A DNA stretch of 64,000 nucleotides from Lingula anatina (lineage: Eukaryota > Animalia > Brachiopoda), in contig CM120642.1 of assembly GCA_051362555.1 (NCBI GenBank), forward strand, positions 31,558,001 through 31,622,000, written 5' to 3'. Positions 55,401-64,000 of the stretch are shown here, piece by piece (positions within the stretch are counted from its first letter, which is position 1; the number at the start of each line of letters is the position of its first letter). The notes below the pieces were generated by a model. The model was given only the letters and a program-made list of their open reading frames with translations, was not told the origin of the DNA and searched no databases. The position numbers were made by a program, and so were the translations under genes.

Positions 55401-57679
55401 GAACCTGTTCTCCTATTAATTGTTGGATAGTGTGTCCATGTTCTGTGTCAGGCTGACCTGGGTGGGGGTCTGAATGAGTTGTGATGGGTCACAGTGTTGG
55501 GTGTTGTGCAATGTCAGGGGTAAGCATTAAGTGTATCACAATATAAACAGTCAGCCAGTGCAGCTGAGCTTTTGTTAATGGTCTCAGTTAGTTTGTGGAA
55601 CATTCTACAAAAAAAAAAAAAAAAAGGAACATTTGAGACATATCAGTGATGTGCCCATCTTGTGTAAGAATTGCATAATTTTGATTTGCCCCAAATTTGG
55701 GTGGACCCAGCTGGGGGCATAGGTACAGGGAGTACTGTATACACGTGCCCCTTCCTAAACACGCACGCTCTGGGCATGCACATCACACATGCACATACAT
55801 ACGCACACATTGCATGCATACTGCATGCATACATATCCATAGCTTTTTCTAAAAAAAAAAAAAAAAAAAAGATCCCCCCTCTTTCAAGACATTTTGTATT
55901 ATGTAAGCGTTATAGATATGCCTGATATAAACAGTGAGGCTTTGGGATGAGTTAAGAATATTATATAATTGTTCATGGTGTTTTATTGGGTATGGCTACT
56001 AAAATATACATACCTGTACTTGCATGTAGTAACCTCAATCTTTTGTCAAAAAAGTTCTTGGTATGTGATACCTAGTTTGTTCAATGGGACTGACATTGAA
56101 TGGCAAACAGTTATCACTTTGAAGTGTATGTTATTTCAGCAACTGGCAAAAGTGCAATTTGATATATTGTATAATCATATCTGATTTCTAATTTTTCCGG
56201 CAAAGAGGAAGTTATTCAGTCAAAACCACGAGCTATTCATTTTTGAATTGCAACATTTTTGAGTTGCTTAGACTGCCCCACAGCGAATGCTTTCAATTTA
56301 TTTATATATAACATAAATATTGTGATACTTGTTTATAGACAATATTGCATATCCTTTGAAGTGTGTGATTTAAAATCTATAGTTAAGAATTCAAGGCGGG
56401 GTTATGGTATGGCTTGTGTTTACACCCGAGGGGGTGACTCTTTCCATAAACCCATTGATCAGCCATCACAAGGACATACAGGCTTAGTTCATTTATTATT
56501 GACTGTGTGATTTCATGCACACTGCTTTTGTGTTGATTTCGTAGGCTGTTGGAAAACTAGGATTGTTGGCTAGAGAAACAAGAAACGAGTAATATTGGCA
56601 GCATTGTTGTGATCCAAATTTAGGTCATGACCTAAAGGCTGATATTAGTATTGATTTTTTTAAAGAATTTGGTGATATAGTTTTCTTTTTTTTTTAATCT
56701 GTTCTTTTTCTGTGTCACTAAACAATGTCACACCACAAGAAAATAAAACAAAGAGAGATCGAGAGAGAGAGAGACCTCTAAATGAATGACAAGAATTGAT
56801 GTGCTTAAAGTCACGTAAATTAGCACCACAAATTTTTAAATTCTAATTTAAAATTTTTTAAAGATTGAAATCCCTTCTTGTACCAGGTGATGTCAGACCG
56901 TGTCATGGAGGAGAAGGAGAGGTTGTCCTGGGTGTCATCAAGATCCAGAGCCACCTCCAGGGCCGGCTCACCTCCTGAGAAAAAGAGTAAGTTTGTGAAA
57001 TGAGGAAAGTCCCATTATCCCATTTATCATAGACTATTTTGTCATGCTTATTACACGAGAGAAATTCAAAATTTGCCAATATTTCATCTGATACTTCCTG
57101 ATATCTAAACAGCTAGTTCTGTTACTGAATCACATATTGATCTGTACAGTTGTCAGCTTCTCTGCCTTGAACGTTAATTGTTGCAGGATGTTCTTCATAT
57201 CTAACAGTGAATCTGTCGTCCTTTCAGAGCATGTTACCTTCCCGGACCAAGTCAAGTTCAGTGGACCGGGGTCTTGTAGAATTTCCCCACTAGCACAGAG
57301 TAAAGATGTAGATAGGAATGTACAAGATGACAGGAGTGACACCACAGACACTGCGAGTTCAGTCACCGATGGTCAGGTGACCTGTATTATTCGCGTTGAC
57401 GACACCAGTCAGTCCAGTCATCAAACACAGAACACAAAGAAAAGAAACCAAACTCTTTCCGAAAGGACAGAAAAGTTGAAAGATGAAAATTCAAATGATA
57501 GTTTTGTGCAAATTAATGGCTCTCTAGGGCATAAAAAACTACCTCCTATACTTCGTGGTGAAATGAAAGATGGCGCCACTATACACAGCAATTACAGACA
57601 TGACAAGGTGCTTACACATTCTGGGCAAAGAAAAGACGCTGAGCAAGAATTGTCCAACCTTAGCACAGTGGAGGAATAA
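49449..57679 (+). CDS. Uncharacterised ~256-aa protein: N-terminal MGCSSS acylation motif, charged coiled coil, RVxF motif, disordered tail
   Basis: Exons 49449-49512, 54134-54288, 56887-56986, 57228-57679; GT-AG introns with phases 1, 0, 1 all consistent (771 nt). MGCSSSNSAKVAEHEKNSKVP|DKLIEEKQSKLKAEEEVAARTLRGDLYQKESARKAREKKLQEKRKKTAFNAE|VMSDRVMEEKERLSWVSSRSRATSRAGSPPEKK|KHVTFPDQVKF... Extra exons in the 4.6-kb first intron cannot be excluded. Confidence 0.7.
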
Positions 57680-59936
57680 TCTTTTCTCAATTTTGAATTG
57701 TAGATTAATATTTTTCACGTAAGTTGAAGAAAATGTTGGTTAGACAGTTATATTTGTGGCACTTCATGTACTTTGCAATCTTTTCACCTTAGACACAAAA
57801 ACCTTCAGCTTCACTTTTGAAGAAATCTATTTATAATATGCAATATGAGAATAACGATACATTTAGTTTTATACTGTCAGCCGGTCTGACAAATACGTAT
57901 TTTTAAAAAGTGAAAGAATGGTTAATGGTTATGTATGTTATTTATGACTGTGTAATCAGTGTAGATGCTACAAATGCCATCAGTGATATGATCTCTGTAA
58001 TTGAAATTCAAATGATGACAACCGGGTTTAGACATAACAGTTAATATTTTACAGAGATACTGGATAGACTTATATTCTACATGTTGGGATAATTTTTTAC
58101 GCCGTCCTGAATGACAACTATACTAAATGTTATAGTAATAAATATTGAAATGTTACGCTGTGTTTTATGAAGTTGGATGTTTTTCACTTGAAAATACGAG
58201 AAAATTATGACGAAGTGTGATCTTCTAAATTACCCCAATTTGACGTAAATCATGCTAATTCAAATTGAAATTTCACCTCATTTTCAATGTTTACTGCTTT
58301 AGTCGTAAACCAGATGACAAACTTCTTCCCTTCCCAGCTCCATCTTGAGTCAAGTCGCGTTTTAATTGATAATGGTCTAACTTTTATAACTTCTGTGGTA
58401 TTTTAGGTCAGCTGTCTTTCCTTCACCTCGTTTTATGGTTATTATTTTATTACGGAAGATTCCGTAAACTCGGTAAGCTGTACGCACTCTTCATCAACTT
58501 GGGGCGCAAAATCACCTAGAAGGGCGTATGAGGTGCATTTACCAAATTTACGTCTTGTAAGCCCCCCCCCCCCAAAAAAAAAAAAAAAACTAAGATATTG
58601 TTAATCATTATCCCCCTACAGTTGTCCCAACCCACAGCATGTTCTGTTTTATTTAGAACACCGATGTACTTTGTATATGTATTTTGGATAAGGCCGTAGC
58701 GCTTACATATAGTTCATCTAGCTGTTTGATTTAGATGTTCGTAATAATATTCCGTAAAGCGCGTCGTAGGAGTCACCGAGCACTTATTGAAGAACTCACA
58801 TTCTGGAGGAAGGAAGGCCACGGAACTCTGCCAGTTTGAATTTATTAAAGACATAAGTTACAAACCCGTTTGCAATGGAATATTTGACGCCTTAGTTATC
58901 CCAAGATAAATAAAAATAGCGCCAAATAGTCTGTCTCCTTCAATTTACCGACGGTTTTGTTTAATCGTAACACCCTACTATTCAGTGGGAATTTCACTTT
59001 CACAAATGCGGATGCAGTGATGATGTTTGAAGTTTGACTTTTAAGCACGTCTTGGCTTTAAACAATAAAAATCTTTATTTTAGGCATATAGTATGTAGGC
59101 TATACTTATAATACCAGTGCATGAAGTAAGGACTTGCATGAGGTTGCTCAGCATCAGTATTATGTGAAGCCTCCATTGTTTATTGTCAAGACTTGCTCAA
59201 AGTTTGCCATGGAAAAGCGAGTGGACTTAAGACTTCCACAAGAATTATAAATTCGGAATAAGTTGTTATATCAGTAATTGTTGGAACAAATTGTTGGAAG
59301 AGCTTTAAGACAAATACACAAAAACTGATAAAACATTGAGCCGATCAAAGAAAATTGCTTCTTTATTGCACGGTTGCTATGACCATATATATAGGCCCTA
59401 CCAGGGCAAACAGTTGCGGAAGTGACGGCCTTGTTCTGTAGCAAACAGTAGATCCTGGGTTTAGTAATGGACCTCCTATTGATGTTATTGTCATTGATAC
59501 CATTACGATAGCGGAGTTTTGTCATCATATGTCAATATCAACTCGATTTGAATTTCAATTTATTCCTGTATCGGTATAGACATTTTAGTCATTTTATGAC
59601 CTTGTAAAATAAAATAAAATATTGGTAAATTACCTATTTGCAAATAAATGCAGATATAACTGAAGATTGACATGTTAGGGACAGTGGAAAGAGCAATAAT
59701 AATGATAGAATCCATATATAATATCTTTATTGAAAAGCCTATTAGTATTACATTAGTTGAGCCTATATATCGCTTTCCATTGCGGTAGAGAAGTTTATTT
59801 GTTCTAATGAGCATGCGCACAGCGAAAAACATGCCGAAAAATCCCCTGTTTAAAATAAGCAAATCAGCTATTATTATCATCGACCAAAATTCCCTATTTT
59901 GGCCCCAACTAATGTTTCTCGAATATAAAGAGCGCC

Positions 59937-62900
59937 ATGGCGTGTGGAGGGGGAGCCGTCGATCTCTTTAGACCTAAACTTATTTTAATCAAAGATTTTA
60001 GACGTATTCTAGTTGAAGAACATGAAAGGAGCATTCGAGCCATCCTTGATGACTTTGTTGAAAATGAGTGTGACAAGTTTGAAGCAAAGATGGAAGATAG
60101 AATGGGGAAGAAGAAGCTTTTCCGCGAGTTGTTACTGGGCAAAACTGTTCTTGTGGGCAAGAACATGGCAGGGAAGGCGGCCATGGACGGCGATCAGAAG
60201 TTGCAGGCAGCGGTTGACAAGTTTAAGAAAAAATATAAACAGATAATTGCTCAGGCGTCGAAAGAGGCTTTCTTGTTACTGAGTGGGCTGTCGACGGACG
60301 ATGAATCTGAATTGAGAAAGAGTCAATGTGCGTGTTTGAAAAAAGTTTTTCCCGGCATTGAAGACAAAGAGGGGAATGTCGTTGAGGAAAGGGAAGTAAA
60401 AGACAAAACTGCGATGTTTCAAGTTGTGTCGGAATTCATTAAAAATCACAGTAATAAGACTCAGATGTTTATATTCTTCCTGGGGCATGGCAACGAGGAC
60501 GGCAAGATAGAGCTTGCTGGAGGGCAGTGTATGCTTAAGGAGCTCGTCAAATTTGTTGAAACCACAGTACAAGAAGTGCCCAACTTTACCCACTTGACTC
60601 TGGTACTGACGCAATGTTTTGGCCATCTCTATGAGAAACCGGAGAATCCGTGGATAAATGTCGTTCACCTGACCGACAAGTGTTACCCCGAAACGTATAC
60701 TTGCCAGAAGGAGGGAAAACAACCGGTTTATTATATTTTTGACCTGCTGGAATGGGCGCTGAAGGCCCGAGACCAACTTAACGTTAAAAAAAATGTACGT
60801 GGTAACATCAACATGAAACACTTAGTATCCGATTTGAGTGCAAATTACCTGTATTGCATATTAATCACCTCTAGGTCCCTAACAGTTCTTTATACGACTC
60901 AAATAACAAGCACGCCAAAAAATAAACCTTATTAATCACTCGATCGGAAAAAAAATTTGGTCATAAATTTAACCTTTTTTATCCGTCCCTCCATTTTGTA
61001 AAAATCCGCCAAATGCCACAGTAATTTATTGGAACAGCATATCATTATTGGCGAAAATGACCAAGTTCAAAATATCTCTTCAAATGCCATTTTTTTGGGA
61101 AATATACTTAGCAACAATACTCTTTAGGTATTTCTTTACGTTATGCTATATACAGTAGCCTATATTGTGGCATTAAGTCGAGTTTACTTGCCAACTTGCA
61201 AGAAACTTAACAAATAATTCATTCCCACCACTCCATTTTAATATAAACCGGGATATTCCAGTGGACAATTATTAAAGAATTAATCTAATGAAAGGAACAC
61301 CTTTTAACAAACAAGCTATTACTGCATCGCCATTACGTAAGGTGGGATCGGAAAGGCGTTTTTTATTTTTAATTAAAACAAAATTTTGGTCAGTTTAGCC
61401 ATTTCTTTTTCAGGGGTGCAGGCCCGCCATATTTCCTGGCGGAGGAGTTGAAAACAAGTTTCTGTGTGTGCATTGCAAGTTCGTGTTTAGAGACCCCGTG
61501 CAGAGTTCATGCGGCCATCGATACTGTAGAGAATGTCTTGATTCTCTGATAAGGTAATGTTCACCGAATCTTTAAATGAAAATTTGTATACATAGCCTAT
61601 AGATCTAAAATGTAGGTGTCTTGAAAAGCAATAAGTTTAAGGTCAGTGGTATCTAGAAGGGGTGTAACAGTAATCCAAGTCCCCAAGGAACCGAGGTCCT
61701 ACGAACCTCGGTTCCTGGTAATGGTTGTCCGTAGGACTACCATTACTTGGGGATAGTAGTCATACTGGGACTTGAGTTTTTGGCTCATAATTAGAGTAGG
61801 TAGGACTTGTATTACTGGCGGACTTTTATTCCGGTCATTTGAAAGTCCTATCCTTATGCATTAATACGGTTAAATGATACAATTATGAATGTATATGAAA
61901 ATCGTTCTGGTGAACCATATATAAGACAAAAAATTATTGGTATGCAACTTCAGCTCGTCTGTGTAGTGGTTAGCTTGCATGACCATAAATATGTTTTCGT
62001 GAATCGCCCTGTTATATACTTGGGTTCGAGACCCACCTTTGACATAACCTTACCCCCCTCCTCCCAGGAAAACTTATTGTAGCTCACTGTATATTGGTGT
62101 TTTTAATGTGTATTATTCTAAATTCTGTGATTATTACACTTACAACATTTTTTGTTTTGTTTTTTTAAGCCTCAAAGCGTCAAAATACCAAAGAAATATT
62201 ACAGAACATTATATTTTATTTCAAATTCTAAACTGTCTTGATATGTCTTAAATCCTCTATCCAAGAGCAAATTTCCATTGAATTTGGGGTTATTGTTCAA
62301 TTTCTGCGAGTGTAAGCCGAAAAATTAGTCTACACGGAAAGAACGGAGATCCCGTGTTTTGTGTAAAGTGGTTTTCCCCTCTTTTGAAGGCCTACGAAGG
62401 TCAATGACACATGTAAAAATATGCGTTTACTACAAGAAAAATAAACAAAATAAAATAAATGAAAAAAAAACTATGGGAACCTTGTTGTTTCTGTTACTTC
62501 ATTAATATGTGTACATAAAAACTGCCTATCGAAAAATAAAAAAAACATCGTAAAATGTTAATATAAAATGAAATCGATTATTATACCTTTAAATCTAGTA
62601 CATTTCTATATCTATTTTTCATGTCATTTCTCGGTGTAAACTATATAGGACATGCGTTACTAAAATGTTAGGAACGCACGTCCCATTAGGACGTGCATTA
62701 CTGCACGTAGTACTTGCATTACATGGGAGCCTTCGTCCTACGGACATTGAATCCTAGTAACGGATGTCCTAGGACTTCCATTCCTAGCAATGCATGCCCT
62801 AGGACTTGCATTCCCAGGGCTTGCGTTACTAGGACGCGCACTCCTGCCATATGGGGTTACCCCCCTCTCGACTAGCTGCAATGAAAAATTTGGAAAAATA

Positions 62901-63571
62901 TCAGGTGATTTATGTATTTTACAATTATTTTAAAAGCCTCATATCAGTGTACTATATTCCCTATAAATGTCCGCCAGTTTGTTTTTAAAAAAGATAAATA
63001 AGCTAAGGGTAATTTCTTCCAAATAGTGGTGTAACTTTTACTTTTGAACTCGGTGAAAGTCTTTTGTAATAGCATAGCAAACACCCTATTTATAATAACA
63101 TTGGTCTTCAAATGTTGAGCATTTCTTCAAAAGATAGGTCATTGACTGCCTATCATTTAATCACTACTAGATAGACAATTATTTTCTCTATCTGTGATGG
63201 GTTCTTACATTTTTTGCCTAGAAATGGAACAAATTCATGTGCTGTATGTTTGGAAGAAGGGGAGGAACAATTCGACGCATATCTTGGGAATGAGGTACAT
63301 CAGAATGAAGCCTTTATATATATATATATAGACTATTCACTTTTTTGAAAATCAGTACTAGACTGGGAATACTAACTGAGGTGTCATTCATTATTACATA
63401 GTAAAATATCAAAAATGTATTTAGATTTCCAAAATTTATTCATTTTTATAATTGTTTAACATTTTACAGATAATCCCGGACAACTGCATGAAGCGCGAAC
63501 TTGATCGTCTGCGCGTTAACTGCGACAATGAAGGATGCGATTGGACAGGGAGATTCTCTGAATATTTGGGG
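59937..63571 (+). CDS. Putative caspase-like (clan CD) protease domain fused to a TRAF2-like RING + zinc finger; 3'-partial (continues beyond the window)
   Basis: Exons 59937-60794 (donor AAT|GTACGT, phase 0), 61414-61553, 63222-63294, 63470-63571. Exons 2-4: GCRPAIFPGGGVENKFLCVHCKFVFRDPVQSSCGHRYCRECLDSLIR|NGTNSCAVCLEEGEEQFDAYLGNE|IIPDNCMKRELDRLRVNCDNEGCDWTGRFSEYLG, a TRAF-type C3HC4 RING plus first zinc finger. Exon 1 has MFIFFLGHG (H184) and LTLVLTQC (C227). The TRAF part is high confidence; its linkage to exon 1 is moderate. Confidence 0.72.
61658..62866. mobile_element. Putative ~1.2 kb non-autonomous DNA transposon with subterminal 15-bp repeat arrays, in a TRAF intron
   Basis: Imperfect TIR AGGGGTGTAAC / GTTACCCCCCT; both ends carry arrays of AGGACTTGCATTACT-like 15-16-mers in both orientations (61669-61775 and 62647-62845). 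Confidence 0.6.
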
Positions 63572-64000
63572 GTAATGTTTTAACGAACCAGAGTATTGAT
63601 AACGAGAATATTACAAGCCACCATTTAAAAAAATATTTATCTATTTCATAAAAGGCTAACTTTGCAATCTAAAGATATATATATATATATATAACTACTT
63701 TCCTGTATAGCAGACTACCGAAGCTAGTTGTCAAGACAGTCCGCCCTAGGCCCAGGGTGATTATAGAATTTAATTTAGAATTCAGAAATTATAGAATTTA
63801 ATCAGCGGTGCTATTTGCCGCAAAAATTTTTTTTGGAGGAAATTGAAAATTAAATTAAAAAACAGACAACATGTTAAAACCTACAATTAATAGTACTTTA
63901 CCTCTCTCACACATTTTCATTTTCATTAAACCATTGCAGCGATTTTTTTAAAGCAGATTTTAACGAAAAACATAACGTTTTAGGACCACGAAACTACGTG

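Noticed and set aside
56545-56592. Possible extra exon (AVGKLGLLARETRNE*) of the orphan gene
   Set aside because: Its donor phase is incompatible with the next exon and it runs into a stop; at most an unsupported alternative last exon.
59924-59929. TATAAA as the TATA box of the protease-TRAF gene
   Set aside because: Only ~8 nt before the ATG, too close for that start codon; it would imply a downstream start (Met52) for which there is no other evidence.
60276-60821. 181-aa minus-strand ORF (and 59909-60184)
   Set aside because: Antisense to the caspase-like exon; no recognisable motifs.
60795-60935. Last 46 codons of the 332-aa ORF as a real C-terminus
   Set aside because: They follow a phase-compatible donor and look intron-like; treated as intron, although an unspliced stand-alone protease isoform cannot be excluded.
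62647-62845. CRISPR-like repeat array
   Set aside because: Eukaryotic intron, contiguous 15-bp units with no unique spacers and no cas genes; better explained as transposon subterminal repeats.

Overview
AT-rich, intron-containing animal genomic DNA, probably a lophotrochozoan invertebrate such as a mollusc (inferred from gene content and repeat style). Seven protein-coding genes can be spliced by hand with phase-consistent junctions: LMO4 (+), WDR38 (-), an SLC35G1-like EamA transporter (+), a long-chain fatty-acid transport protein FATP/SLC27A (-), UBL5/Hub1 (+, two U12-type introns), an uncharacterised MGC-acylated coiled-coil protein with an RVxF motif (+), and, running off the right edge, a gene whose intronless 858-bp first exon encodes a caspase-like (clan CD) domain with an intact His-Cys dyad spliced in frame to TRAF2-like RING/zinc-finger exons. 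That putative protease-TRAF fusion is the most novel-looking element; an alternative short first exon could also give a protease-less TRAF. Also notable: three independent tandem duplications that copy a splice site plus the exon edge (WDR38, FATP), an H63K change in UBL5, and several MITE families. All calls are from manual reading; no searches were run.
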